The notes: generated by a model from the letters alone, not told the origin. A stretch of DNA of 64,000 nucleotides from Thermoproteota archaeon (GCA_027491915.1 JAOZGC010000002.1:288001-352000), one strand, 5' to 3'. Counted from the stretch's first letter, positions 55,072-64,000 are shown. Program-made: numbers and translations.

Positions 55072-56478
55072 TCATAGGGACGTCCTCTCCACCTCGGTCG
55101 CCAGGGTTCTCAGGACGTTGTTGTCCCTCTCCTCCAGGGCCTCCGGGAAGTTGAGTATCAGGACGAAGTCCCCGTGGGCCGCCGCGTCGTCCACCACGGT
55201 CCTGATGAGCGTGTAGGCATTCCTTATCCCCACGAGCATTATCAGGTCCGGCGCGCTGTCCATCACGATGAGCATCCTGGGACCCAGGTGGGCCTTCCTC
55301 AGCCTGTCTATCAGGTTCAGGATGGACTCGGTGTCCGGGTTGAGCTCGAACTCCCTCTCGCTCTCCCCAACCAGCCTCGGGTATGGGATGTGCTTGGTGG
55401 ACAGATAACCGACGAAGAGGTTCGGCAGTTCCAGGGCCGCGGGGGGGAGCCTGGAGCCGGGCCTCGACAGCAGGAGTATTAGGTCGGCCGGGTGGGACCT
55501 GAGCAGGGACAGCACGAATTCCTCGTAGCCCGACACCGGGAGCTCCAGCAGGGTGGCCCTCCCCTCTATCCCCGGCGGCCCGCGGCTCGGGGCCTCCTCC
55601 GCCGGGAAGATCTTGGGGGAGTATCTGGGCGACGCCCACCTCCTGGTCGCCAGCACCCCCATGGCCCTGCCCACCACCGTGAGGATCACTCCGGGGAGGA
55701 TGAAGAGATCCCTGCAGCAGGGCGTCAGGTGTCCCACCCCCATCTGGACGTAGCCCGCCGCTATCAGCATCGTCATGGCCGAGATAGCCGTCCAGTTGTC
55801 CCCGGTGAACATGGGGGTCTTCCCCCTGACCGAGATCGACCATCCCATGGTCGGGAGGGTTACCACCGCCGAGGCCAAGAAGCCGGCCGCCCAGATCCTG
55901 TCACCAGCGCCGGGAGGCCCCGCCGATCCGCCGGATCCGCCTAGGACCAGTCCCACGATCGAGACCGCCGCGGCCAGGGCCACGGCGACGAAGCCGGCCC
56001 CCATGGGATCCAGGGGCCAATCCACCCTCTGTATCTTCCCAGCGAACCTCCTCCCCATGTCCCCCACGACGGCTATCATGAAGATGGTGAGGTTGAGGTA
56101 GCTGAGGACGAGCGTCGCGGCCGCGGCGGCCGAGACCCACTCAGGCACGGAGTATAGGGCGGAGGCGGCATAGACCCCCAGGGCGATCGCCCTCCCCAGG
56201 GATCCGTAGGTGACCCTCTCATACTTCAGGTATCTCCTCAGCCTGAGGAGCTGCCTCCTCCTGAGGACGGCCGCCACCGAGGTGTATATCCCCCCGGCGG
56301 CCAGAAGCCCAACGCTGGCGGCGAGGATCGGATCCGGGGACTCCAGGGGGGGCCAGGTCCAGGGACCGGCGACCAGCACCGCCGCCAGGAGGGCGGCGGT
56401 CGCGCCCTCGGATACCAGGGTCCAGACCCTGACCGCTAGCCCCGCGCCCTCCGCCCTCCCTCCCTCGGCCATCCACAC
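55072..56478 (-). CDS. Membrane protein with C-terminal DUF835 (inactive KaiC/RecA-like) domain
   Basis: About 7 TM segments, then LLLSR, YLS, LIVMDS..DL....G, L.E.....L..L. Confidence 0.62.
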   Translation of the reverse strand: MWMAEGGRAEGAGLAVRVWTLVSEGATAALLAAVLVAGPWTWPPLESPDPILAASVGLLAAGGIYTSVAAVLRRRQLLRLRRYLKYERVTYGSLGRAIALGVYAASALYSVPEWVSAAAAATLVLSYLNLTIFMIAVVGDMGRRFAGKIQRVDWPLDPMGAGFVAVALAAAVSIVGLVLGGSGGSAGPPGAGDRIWAAGFLASAVVTLPTMGWSISVRGKTPMFTGDNWTAISAMTMLIAAGYVQMGVGHLTPCCRDLFILPGVILTVVGRAMGVLATRRWASPRYSPKIFPAEEAPSRGPPGIEGRATLLELPVSGYEEFVLSLLRSHPADLILLLSRPGSRLPPAALELPNLFVGYLSTKHIPYPRLVGESEREFELNPDTESILNLIDRLRKAHLGPRMLIVMDSAPDLIMLVGIRNAYTLIRTVVDDAAAHGDFVLILNFPEALEERDNNVLRTLATEVERTSL

Positions 56479-56510
56479 ACGCCTGCCTCATATATTAATA
56501 AGCGCTCTGT

Positions 56511-57398
56511 TTGACCGAGGTGCCGCGCCGGGTCGATCCCAGGATGGCCCTCCTCGCCGGGGTCTCGGCCGTCTCTTCGGCGAGCGTGCTGATCAGGCTG
56601 AGTTCCGCCGGACCCCTGGCGATCGCCGCCTGGAGGATGCTGCTATCCGGTGCGATGATGGCCGCCGCATCCTTCAGATCCGTCGGGGCGATCTTGGGCC
56701 TCTCCGGGAGGGAGAGGCTGATCCTACTCATCTCTGGCGTCTCGCTGGCCGCCCACTTCTCCGCCTGGGTTACCTCCCTCTTCCTGACGACCGTGGCCGC
56801 CAGCGTCGTCCTGGTGGACTCCTCCCCGGTGTTCTCGGCCCTCATATCGTGGGCCCTCCTGGGGGAGAGACCCTCCCGGAGGGACTGGGTCGGGGTGTGC
56901 CTGGCGCTGATGGGCGCCGCGGCCATGGGGTGGGGTGAGTCCCCCGGGAACCTGGTCGGGGACCTGCTCGCCCTGGCGGGGGCGATCTTCCTGGCCTCCT
57001 ACCTGGTGGCCGGGCGTAGGCTCAGGCCCGTCCTGCCGACCGGGGCCTACTCGGCGGCCGTGTACTCGATCTCGGGGGTCCTCATGACCCCGCTCGCGGC
57101 GGCCGCGGGACAGCCGATGCTGGGCCTGCCCCCCAGGGACTACGTGATATTCCTGGCCCTGGCGGCCGGCCCCTCCTGCCTCGGGCACACCAGCTACAAC
57201 TACGCCCTCAGGTACCTGCCGGCCCACGCCGTTGGTGTCGCCATCCTGGGAGAGCCCATAGGGGCGTCGCTGCTGGCCTGGGCCGTCTTGGGCGAGGTTC
57301 CCCCAGCGGGGGTCCTTCTGGGATCTCCCCTGATAGCCGCGGGCGTCCTGACGGTCACCCTCGATCGCTTCCCTCCCCCAGGCCGTAGGCCTTCCTGA
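56511..57398 (+). CDS. DMT/EamA family transporter
   Basis: A.WR, LA.HF..W..SL, A.SVVL, GD.LAL, GH...N.ALR, LGEP.GA. Confidence 0.9.
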   Translation: MTEVPRRVDPRMALLAGVSAVSSASVLIRLSSAGPLAIAAWRMLLSGAMMAAASFRSVGAILGLSGRERLILLISGVSLAAHFSAWVTSLFLTTVAASVVLVDSSPVFSALISWALLGERPSRRDWVGVCLALMGAAAMGWGESPGNLVGDLLALAGAIFLASYLVAGRRLRPVLPTGAYSAAVYSISGVLMTPLAAAAGQPMLGLPPRDYVIFLALAAGPSCLGHTSYNYALRYLPAHAVGVAILGEPIGASLLAWAVLGEVPPAGVLLGSPLIAAGVLTVTLDRFPPPGRRPS

Positions 57399-57798
57399 CG
57401 GCCTCAACGTAGGCCTCCACGCTCCCGTACCTCTTGACGAAGGCCTCAAGCAGGTCGTAGCCGAACCTCTCCCTGAACTGCTTTCTCCCCTCCTCCGTCA
57501 TCTCGACGGGGGTCCACGGCGGGAAGGTCTCCAGCTCGGCCTCCACCTCGTACCCCAGCCCGGCGGCCTCCCTGGCCGCGCCCACTATCATGGCGGAGAT
57601 CGCGGCCGCCAGCGGGCAGCCCGGGGCGGTGAGGGTGTACCTTATCCTGAGCCTCCTCCTGCCATCCTCCCCCTCCTCCAACTTTATCTCCCTTATCAGA
57701 CCGAGGTCAACCACGTTTATCGGTATCTCCGGGTCGTAGATCTTCTTGAGGGACTCCCTGACCCTCCTCTCCACCTCATCCGACTCCAAACCGCGCAC
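57355..57798 (-). CDS. DUF59 / SufT-like Fe-S cluster assembly factor
   Basis: DPEIP.NVVDLGLI, TLT.PGCP, PPWTP..MT. Confidence 0.9.
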   Translation of the reverse strand: MRGLESDEVERRVRESLKKIYDPEIPINVVDLGLIREIKLEEGEDGRRRLRIRYTLTAPGCPLAAAISAMIVGAAREAAGLGYEVEAELETFPPWTPVEMTEEGRKQFRERFGYDLLEAFVKRYGSVEAYVEAVRKAYGLGEGSDRG

Positions 57799-58090
57799 CT
57801 CCTTCTCCCTCCCCCCGGGGCGATTTATCCCTTTCCCCCGGGGGGGAGAGGAACAGGCCGCAGTGGCACGACCCGGTGGCCCTTATCTCCTCGTGCCTCT
57901 GGGGGCACGGGCAGATCCTGGCCCCGTCCCTGCCGGGGAGGTCGCACGGGCAGTAGGGCGCGCCGTACTCCTCGATGTTCCTGGCCAGGATCTCCACTAT
58001 CGAGGCCAGCTCCTCGCGATCCCGGTTGAGCTCGTAGCCGTCACCCCTGGCCACGACCTCCAGCCACCTCAGGACCTCCTCCCTGTTCAA
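57776..58090 (-). CDS. Ferredoxin:thioredoxin reductase catalytic-subunit-like protein
   Basis: YG.PYCPC, ICPC, G.CHCGLF. Confidence 0.9.
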   Translation of the reverse strand: MNREEVLRWLEVVARGDGYELNRDREELASIVEILARNIEEYGAPYCPCDLPGRDGARICPCPQRHEEIRATGSCHCGLFLSPPGERDKSPRGEGEGGARFGVG

Positions 58091-58325
58091 CGAGCTCCCT
58101 CAGCCTACCCTCGTCCAGCCCCACTATAACCTCATCGCCGGCCACGACCACGGGGAAGGCGGCCGCCCCGGCGACCCTCTCAACGTAGTCCAGGGCCGCC
58201 AGGGCCTCTTCCCTGGGGGCCTTGTCGACGTCCAGCCACTCGTACTCGATCCCCAGATCGTTCAAGACCCCCCTGAGCCTCCTGCACACCGGACACGTGC
58301 TGACGGCGTAGACCCTAACCTTCAT
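58041..58325 (-). CDS. Glutaredoxin/NrdH-like redoxin
   Basis: STCPVC, FP.VV, I.G.DE..L. Confidence 0.85.
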   Translation of the reverse strand: MKVRVYAVSTCPVCRRLRGVLNDLGIEYEWLDVDKAPREEALAALDYVERVAGAAAFPVVVAGDEVIVGLDEGRLRELVEQGGGPEVAGGRGQG

Positions 58326-58343
58326 TTCTATCGTTATTGCCGG

Positions 58344-59312
58344 TCACAGCTCACTGATATGAGTTACTGTTGAAACGACCTCGCCGGTCCCGCAGCCCGG
58401 ACACGAGACCAGCGCGCCCCCGTCGTCGTAGACGTAGACCCTCGCCCTCCCCTTGGAGAGCAGGGCGTACCTGCCCTCCTCTCCCCCCACCTCCTCCCAC
58501 CCGTCCCGGACGAGATCTCCGACCCCGACCTCCAGGAAGAGGTACGCCCTGTCTCCCCTGACGAACGCCCTCTCCGGCCCAGCGCCCAGCCTCTCGAACT
58601 CCCCCCTCCCGCAGACTGGGCAGTTCGGATTCCTCGCTATGGATATCTCGTCGAACTCCATGCCGGAGAGGTCGAAGGAGATCAACCTCCCCCTCGAGGT
58701 CGAGCCGATACCGGTCAGGTGCTTGATCGCCTCGGCGGCTGACAGCGTCCCGGCGACCCCGGGGGTCGGCCCCAGGACCGGGGGGCCCGACTCCTCCGGC
58801 GGAGGTTCTGGGAAGATGCACCTCAGGCAGGGCGTCTCACCCGGGATCACGAAGGTGTAGAGCCCGTAGGTCCCTCTCACGGCGGAGAAGGTGTGGGGCA
58901 GGCCGAGCCTCACGCACGCCTCCCCCAGGACGTACCTGGCCTGGAAGTTGTCCGTGGCGTCCACCACCAGGTCTGCCCCGGAGAGGACCCTCAGGGCGTT
59001 CCACCCGACCAGGGGCTCGTGGACCACCTCCAACTCTATCTCCCCGTTCAAACCGGACAGCCTGTCCGCGGCGGCCAGGGCCTTGGGCCTCCCGAGGTCG
59101 CCCTCCCCGTACAGTATCTGCCTGTTCAGGTTTCCCTCCTCCACGACGTCCCAGTCTATCAACCTCAGGTTCGCCCCCGCGGCTGCCAGGTAGATCGAGG
59201 CGGCGGATCCGGTTCCCCCGAGACCGACCACGGCCACCAGGGATCCGGAGAGCCTCGACTGCCCCTCCTCACCTATGACGGGGACCTGCCTCTCGTACCT
59301 GGCGTCGGCCAT
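58344..59312 (-). CDS. ThiF/MoeB/E1-like adenylyltransferase
   Basis: RY.RQ...IG..GQ, G.GG.GS, D.V...NLNRQ, D.TDN, PCLRC, NCPVC. Confidence 0.9.
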   Translation of the reverse strand: MADARYERQVPVIGEEGQSRLSGSLVAVVGLGGTGSAASIYLAAAGANLRLIDWDVVEEGNLNRQILYGEGDLGRPKALAAADRLSGLNGEIELEVVHEPLVGWNALRVLSGADLVVDATDNFQARYVLGEACVRLGLPHTFSAVRGTYGLYTFVIPGETPCLRCIFPEPPPEESGPPVLGPTPGVAGTLSAAEAIKHLTGIGSTSRGRLISFDLSGMEFDEISIARNPNCPVCGRGEFERLGAGPERAFVRGDRAYLFLEVGVGDLVRDGWEEVGGEEGRYALLSKGRARVYVYDDGGALVSCPGCGTGEVVSTVTHISEL

Positions 59313-59361
59313 CCGGCCAAAACCAGCCAACCGTTAATTATACCTCCGGTTCCGGGCCGCG

Positions 59362-60207
59362 ATGCCGGAGATCAAGGTCAGGCCCGCCCGGAACTCCGAC
59401 AGGAGGCCTGTGGCCGAGTTCACCGCCAGGACCTGGGTGTGGGGGGACTACATCTCCTCGGTCTGGAGGAGGTGGATGGACGCCGGAGGGCTGTTCGTCG
59501 CCGAGATCGGCGGGAAGGTGGTGGGGGTCGTCAGGGTCTCCCTTAGGGCCGGCGGCGAGGCGTACATCCAGGGGGCCCGCGTCGCGCCGGGATTCAGGGG
59601 GGCGGGAGTCGGGAGGGCCATGACCTCGGAGGCCCTCAGGTGGGCTTCCTCCATGGGGGCTGGCTTCGCCACCCTCGCCACCTCCGAGGACAACCTGCCG
59701 GCCAGGAGGGTGGCCGAGGCCCTGGGGTTCAGGGTGGAGCAGCGGGTGGTCAGGGTCTCCGCCCCGAGGAAGAGGTGCCGGGCCCCGGGAGTCCGTCCCC
59801 TCTCCCCGGGGGAGGCCGCCTCCCTCATCTCCTCCCCGTCAGGAGTCAGGCCGGTGAAGTTCGACGAGTACTCCTGGTCCACCATGACCCCCGAGGACGC
59901 CGCCCGCTACGCGGAGGAGGGTTTCGCCGCCGGGGTTGGGGACCCACCCCGGGCGGCCGCCTTCTACCAGCCCTGGGAGGGACCCACCGTGATGGTCGAC
60001 TTCGTCTCGGGGGACCGGGCCGACTCCGAGGTCCTGGGCCTGCACCTGAGATCGGAGGCGATCTCCCTGTCCGCCGGCAGGGTCTGGGGGTACCTGAGGG
60101 ACGACGATGGGGTGATCTCCGGGCTGAGGCGGGCGGGATTCAGGGTCAGGAGCAGGGGGTACCTCATCTACAGGAGGGACCTCCGGACCGTGGCATCACC
60201 CGCCTAG
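59362..60207 (+). CDS. GNAT-family N-acetyltransferase
   Basis: W..GDY, G.RV.P..RG.GVG, N.PA.R....LGF. Confidence 0.85.
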   Translation: MPEIKVRPARNSDRRPVAEFTARTWVWGDYISSVWRRWMDAGGLFVAEIGGKVVGVVRVSLRAGGEAYIQGARVAPGFRGAGVGRAMTSEALRWASSMGAGFATLATSEDNLPARRVAEALGFRVEQRVVRVSAPRKRCRAPGVRPLSPGEAASLISSPSGVRPVKFDEYSWSTMTPEDAARYAEEGFAAGVGDPPRAAAFYQPWEGPTVMVDFVSGDRADSEVLGLHLRSEAISLSAGRVWGYLRDDDGVISGLRRAGFRVRSRGYLIYRRDLRTVASPA

Positions 60208-60582
60208 GGTGCCGAGCAGCCGGTTGACCTGCTCGCATATGGCCTCCAGCTCCTCCCCGACCACGGAGTAGAACTTGAACCTGCCGGACTGCCTCTCCCT
60301 GACCAGCCCGAGCGCCCTGAGGTCCGACAGGTGGTGAGATATGAGGGACTGGCCCTTACCAAGCAGCCTGGAGAGCATGCACACCGGCATCTCCCCCTGC
60401 CTCAGAAGGGACAGTATCTGCAGCTTCGTGAGGGAAGAGATGTTCCTCATCCTCTCGACCAGCCGCCTGACGTCCGGGTCGTCCGGGATCTCTATCACAT
60501 CCGGCAGGTTAGCCGCCGCGCCGGCGGCCTCCGGGCACTCCTCAGCCGCCGCGGCCGCTACCTCCTCCCGCTTCACCTTCAT
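60196..60582 (-). CDS. ArsR/SmtB-family transcriptional regulator
   Basis: L.IL..L....PVC.L......QS.ISHHL..L...GLV....G....Y. Confidence 0.88.
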   Translation of the reverse strand: MKVKREEVAAAAAEECPEAAGAAANLPDVIEIPDDPDVRRLVERMRNISSLTKLQILSLLRQGEMPVCMLSRLLGKGQSLISHHLSDLRALGLVRERQSGRFKFYSVVGEELEAICEQVNRLLGTLGG

Positions 60583-60631
60583 ATGTGTTCAAGCCTTTCT
60601 TACCTACTAAATGAACTTTCCCACAGTCGGG

Positions 60632-60862
60632 TCACAGCTCTCCCACGTATACGGGACCGGGGAAGATCCCCCTAGACCAGAGCCTGGCCATCAGGACGTG
60701 GTAGTCCGTGTCGTGATCTACGACCCTCCGGTTGGCGATCGCCACGTACCCCGACCCAAAGATCTCCCTCAACCTGTCCCTGTTCCTCAAGAACCACCAG
60801 TGAGAGTCGTCTATAGATTTGATCTCTTTGGTCAGATCGGAGATCTGGTAGACGGCGCCCAT
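60632..60862 (-). CDS. Small DUF5678-like protein
   Basis: WF..NR..L...FG..YVAI....VVDHD.D motif; ATG preceded by GGAGG; it is the C-terminal part of the 60632..61663 ORF. Confidence 0.6.
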   Translation of the reverse strand: MGAVYQISDLTKEIKSIDDSHWWFLRNRDRLREIFGSGYVAIANRRVVDHDTDYHVLMARLWSRGIFPGPVYVGEL

Positions 60863-60952
60863 CTTCCCTCCTCCCCCAGGAGCGCCGATCCTCTCCGGAT
60901 ATAACGGGATCCGGTCGCACTTAATACCCGGTGAATACTCGGTGGCGGCGGG

Positions 60953-61639
60953 ATGGGGAGTTTGGGAGTCCCGATCAGGGTGGATGAGCCGGTCAGGCGA
61001 CTCGGCGCCTTCTTGGCGGTGGGCGAGGTGAGGGGGGTCGAGGTTGGTCCCTCCGGATCGGAGTTTGACGCCCGGGAGAGGGAGGTGGTCGAGAGGGTCT
61101 CCTCGACCTTCGCCTTGGAGACGGTGAGGGAGAACCCGAAGATAGCGGCCCTGAGGTCCTTCTACTGGAGGATCGGCGTGGATCCCACGAAGACCAGGCC
61201 GAGCTCGGAGGCCCTCCTCAGGAGGGTCCTCAGGGGAGGGAGGCTCCCGAGGATAAACAACGTGGTCGACGCCGGGAACCTGGCCAGCCTTTCGACCCTG
61301 ATCCCCATAGGGCTCTACGACGAGTCCAGGTTGGAGCCGCCTCTCGAGCTGAGGCTCGCGTCTCCCGGCGAGGAGTTCTTCCCCATAGGGGGGAGGCGCT
61401 CCGGGCTCAGGGGAGGGGAGGTAGTCCTGGCGGACGCCGAGAAAGTAATTCACCTCTTCCCCCACAGGGACTCGGCCCTGACCTCCATGGGTCAAGACAC
61501 GAGGGACGTGCTGGTCGTGGCCTGCGGGGTCCCAGGGATCGACCCGGTGGAGGTATCTCGGGCGGCCGACCTGGCCGCTGGCCTCATATCCGACCTGGCC
61601 GGCGGGTCCCCGGGTTCCGGGGTTAGGGTGATCGGGTGA
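60953..61639 (+). CDS. Stand-alone B3/B4 domain protein (PheRS-beta editing-like)
   Basis: R.FYW..G.DPTK.RPSSEAL.RR, IN.VVD..N..S, IG.YD, R....GE.F. Confidence 0.9.
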   Translation: MGSLGVPIRVDEPVRRLGAFLAVGEVRGVEVGPSGSEFDAREREVVERVSSTFALETVRENPKIAALRSFYWRIGVDPTKTRPSSEALLRRVLRGGRLPRINNVVDAGNLASLSTLIPIGLYDESRLEPPLELRLASPGEEFFPIGGRRSGLRGGEVVLADAEKVIHLFPHRDSALTSMGQDTRDVLVVACGVPGIDPVEVSRAADLAAGLISDLAGGSPGSGVRVIG

Positions 61640-61704
61640 CCCACCGGTCCCGGGGCCGGTCAAGGTTAAATTGTTCCCCCCCTCCCCCGCCGCCGGGGGG
61701 AACT

Positions 61705-62070
61705 TTGGCGGTCTACGAACAGTTGACCTCGCTGGTCAAGGAGGCCAGGAGGAGGCTGCCAGAGCTGACCGCCGCGGCCGTGGTCAGCTCAGACGGCTTG
61801 ATAATGGCCGCCGACCTGCCGGCTGACACCGACGAGGATCTCTTCGCCGCCACGCACGCCGCCCTCCTCAGCGTGGGGGAGAGGGTGAGCGTGGAGAGCG
61901 GCGTCGGCCCTCTAGAGGAGATAGTGGTCTCCGGGAAGGACGGCAAGGTCGTCCTTATGAGCGCCGGGCCCAACGCGATACTGGTCGGCGTCGTCCCCAA
62001 CACGGTGAAGCTGGGGCTCCTCCTGGTCGAGCTCAGGAGGACCGCCAGCCAGATAGCGAGGGTGGTGTAG
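61705..62070 (+). CDS. Roadblock/LC7 (MglB-like) domain protein
   Basis: AAVVSSDGL..A..LP, AA..A......R, G.L....V.G..G, LG; TTG start. Confidence 0.9.
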   Translation: MAVYEQLTSLVKEARRRLPELTAAAVVSSDGLIMAADLPADTDEDLFAATHAALLSVGERVSVESGVGPLEEIVVSGKDGKVVLMSAGPNAILVGVVPNTVKLGLLLVELRRTASQIARVV

Positions 62071-62080
62071 GGGAGGATCC

Positions 62081-62593
62081 TTGGCAGGGGAGCCCCGAGA
62101 AGAATTCCCCCCCGGGGCGCTCGCCTACGACTCCGAGGGCAGGTTGAACCTCTTCGGCAGGACTGTCATCCTCCTATCCAGGTCGGCCCTGGCCACTCTC
62201 CAGGCTGATCTGGAGCAGGTCTTGGGGGAGAGGAGCGTCCGCCTGGCGATGGCCAGGGGCGGCCGGGAGATGGGGAGGCAGGCGGCCGAGAGGTACTCCG
62301 ACATAGGGGACGACAGGGCAGCCCTCTCCGAGCTCCTGGCCATGGCCTCGATGGCCGGGTGGATGTCGGGGGTTGAGATCCTGGAGTTCTCCGGGGACTC
62401 CTTCAGGGTCAGGGCGGCCCACACCTACGGGGAGGAGTTCCCCGGCAGGTCGGGGTCCCCGGTGTGCCACCTGATATCCGGCCTACTCTCGGGCTTCATG
62501 TCCGCCCGCCTCGGGAGGAGGGTCGTCGTCCTGGAGACCTCCTGCGTGGCCCGAGGTGATCCCTACTGCGAGTTCTCCGGGAGGGTCACGTGA
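62081..62593 (+). CDS. V4R domain protein
   Basis: G...G, AGW, PVCH...G.L.G, ETSC.A.GD.YCEF. Confidence 0.88.
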   Translation: MAGEPREEFPPGALAYDSEGRLNLFGRTVILLSRSALATLQADLEQVLGERSVRLAMARGGREMGRQAAERYSDIGDDRAALSELLAMASMAGWMSGVEILEFSGDSFRVRAAHTYGEEFPGRSGSPVCHLISGLLSGFMSARLGRRVVVLETSCVARGDPYCEFSGRVT

Positions 62594-62609
62594 GCGGTTG
62601 GGTGGGAGA

Positions 62610-63956
62610 TTACCCGTAGATCCTCCCACCCGGCGGCCGGGCTATGACCCCCGAGTCGAGGAGCGCCCTCATCTGCTCCCTGGCCCTCCTTATTATCCGG
62701 TCGGCCCTCTCCAGGAGCTGAGACCTTGTCAGGTTCTCCCTGGCCACGCCCTGCTCCACGGCCTTGCTGCCCGTGGCCGCCGCCACCCTCGGGTAGACCT
62801 CCCACTCCTCCATGGTGGGGATTATGTTGTCCTCGCTTATCCCCCTCTCCTCGGCGAACCTGGCCAGCTCCTCCGCCGCCGCCGCGGCCATCTCGTCCGT
62901 TATGGTCCTGGCCTTGACGTCCAGTGCCCCCCTGAACACCGCCGGGAAGACCAGGCTGTTGTTCACCTGATTCGGGAAGTCGCTCCTCCCGGTGGCCACT
63001 ATCCTGGCGCCGGCCTCCTTGGCCTCCCACGGCCAGATCTCCGGGACGGGATTGGCCTCGGCGAAGACTATGGGATCGTCGGCCATCCTCCCAATCCACT
63101 CCTTCTTTATCACCCCGGGCCCCGGCCTTGAGGCCGCTATCACCACGTCCGCTCCCTCCAAGGCCTCCGGGATCCCGCCCTCTCTCCCCTCCGGGTTGGT
63201 CTTCATCGCCCACTCGTACTTCCAGGGGTTCTTCTCCCTGATCTCCTCCATGTCGGGTCTGTCCGACCTGAGTATCCCCCTGGAGTCCACCATTATCCAG
63301 TTCTCCGGCCTCCCGCCGGCCACCTCTATGACCCTCGCGCTGGCTATGTTGGCGGCCCCGCAGCCCACGAAGGCGATCCTGACGTCCTCCAGCCTCTTGC
63401 CGACCACTTTGAGTGCGTTTATCAGTCCGGCCAGGGTCGCGCCGGCCGTTCCCTGCTGGTCGTCGTGCCAGACGCATATCTCCGTCTCCCTGCGCAGCCT
63501 CTCCAGCACGTGGAAGCACTTCGGCGAGGATATGTCCTCAAGGTTGACGCCGCCCACGGCCGGCTCCATGGCCTTGACGACCTCCACCAACCTGTCGGGG
63601 TCCCTCTCCCTCACCGGGAGGGGGAAGGCGTCCACTCCCCCCAGGAACTTGAATATGAGCGCCTTCCCCTCCATGACGGGCAGAGACGCCTCCGGGCCTA
63701 TGTCTCCCAGCCCCAAGACCCTGGTCCCGTCGGAGACCACCACTATGGTGTTCCACCGGTTGGTGTACCTGAAGCTGAGCTCCGGGTCGTTGGATATGGC
63801 CCTGCTGACCTCGGCGACCCCCGGGGTGTACCAGACGGCGAAGTCCCTCAGGTTGTACACTGGGACCCTGGGCGCCACCTCCACCTTTCCCCCGTAGAAG
63901 TCGGCGAACTTCAAGGCGAGCTCGTACGGCACGCTCGCCTCCTCCTCCCTGCCCAT
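62610..63956 (-). CDS. NAD(P)-dependent malic enzyme
   Basis: YTPGVA, SDGTRVLGLGDIG, PVMEGKA..FK, NLEDI..PKCF, HDDQQGTA, G.GAA, ANP.PEI, ATGRSD.PNQ.NN. Confidence 0.95.
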   Translation of the reverse strand: MGREEEASVPYELALKFADFYGGKVEVAPRVPVYNLRDFAVWYTPGVAEVSRAISNDPELSFRYTNRWNTIVVVSDGTRVLGLGDIGPEASLPVMEGKALIFKFLGGVDAFPLPVRERDPDRLVEVVKAMEPAVGGVNLEDISSPKCFHVLERLRRETEICVWHDDQQGTAGATLAGLINALKVVGKRLEDVRIAFVGCGAANIASARVIEVAGGRPENWIMVDSRGILRSDRPDMEEIREKNPWKYEWAMKTNPEGREGGIPEALEGADVVIAASRPGPGVIKKEWIGRMADDPIVFAEANPVPEIWPWEAKEAGARIVATGRSDFPNQVNNSLVFPAVFRGALDVKARTITDEMAAAAAEELARFAEERGISEDNIIPTMEEWEVYPRVAAATGSKAVEQGVARENLTRSQLLERADRIIRRAREQMRALLDSGVIARPPGGRIYG

Positions 63957-64000
63957 CCGACCGGACCTCCGGGCGACCCCCCGGACCGTCTGTAAAAAGG

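Noticed and set aside
57776-58325. Frameshifted glutaredoxin-FTR fusion
   Set aside because: FTR has its own TTG start after a GAGGGAG RBS-like sequence, no slippery site is evident, and overlaps of this size are common in the window.
1-64000. CRISPR arrays, IS elements, integrases, rRNA, inteins or selenoprotein read-through
   Set aside because: I saw no regularly spaced repeats, transposase/integrase motifs, intein-sized insertions or interrupted redox motifs. Detection was by eye, so very short elements could be missed.

Overview
Gene-dense 64 kb segment, roughly two-thirds GC by eye, from an archaeal chromosome. Archaeal evidence: archaeal-type CoaD, TrpB2, form III RuBisCO, AcnX/phosphomevalonate dehydratase, geranylgeranyl reductase and TATA-like boxes in short intergenic gaps. 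The host is probably a thermophile of the TACK/Asgard neighbourhood (inference; the lineage cannot be fixed from this window). About 70 CDS can be supported; I saw no rRNA, tRNA, CRISPR array, transposase or integrase. Most content is housekeeping (argS, pyrG, glnA, prs, tmk, coaD, trxB, malic enzyme, Zn/Mn ABC uptake, glycosylation genes). The most interesting elements are: (1) a Zn-ribbon/wHTH + V4R + Rab-like small GTPase gene string, with a second Roadblock + V4R pair, a tandem arrestin-like protein and a membrane DUF835 protein elsewhere, together suggesting a eukaryote-like GTPase signalling network; (2) a minimal SerK-like ParB-fold serine kinase translationally coupled to TrpB2, suggesting a phosphoserine-fed tryptophan salvage module; (3) an APC permease / metallophosphoesterase / nucleotidyltransferase trio with a shared palindromic upstream motif; (4) a single-chain AcnX with archaeal PMDh-type Cys ligands; (5) an ATP-cone-Mrr nuclease divergent from a HerA-like ATPase across one palindromic TATA box; (6) a MacB-type ABC system with a large coiled-coil membrane-anchored partner. 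All calls come from motif recognition by eye; no database searches were run.
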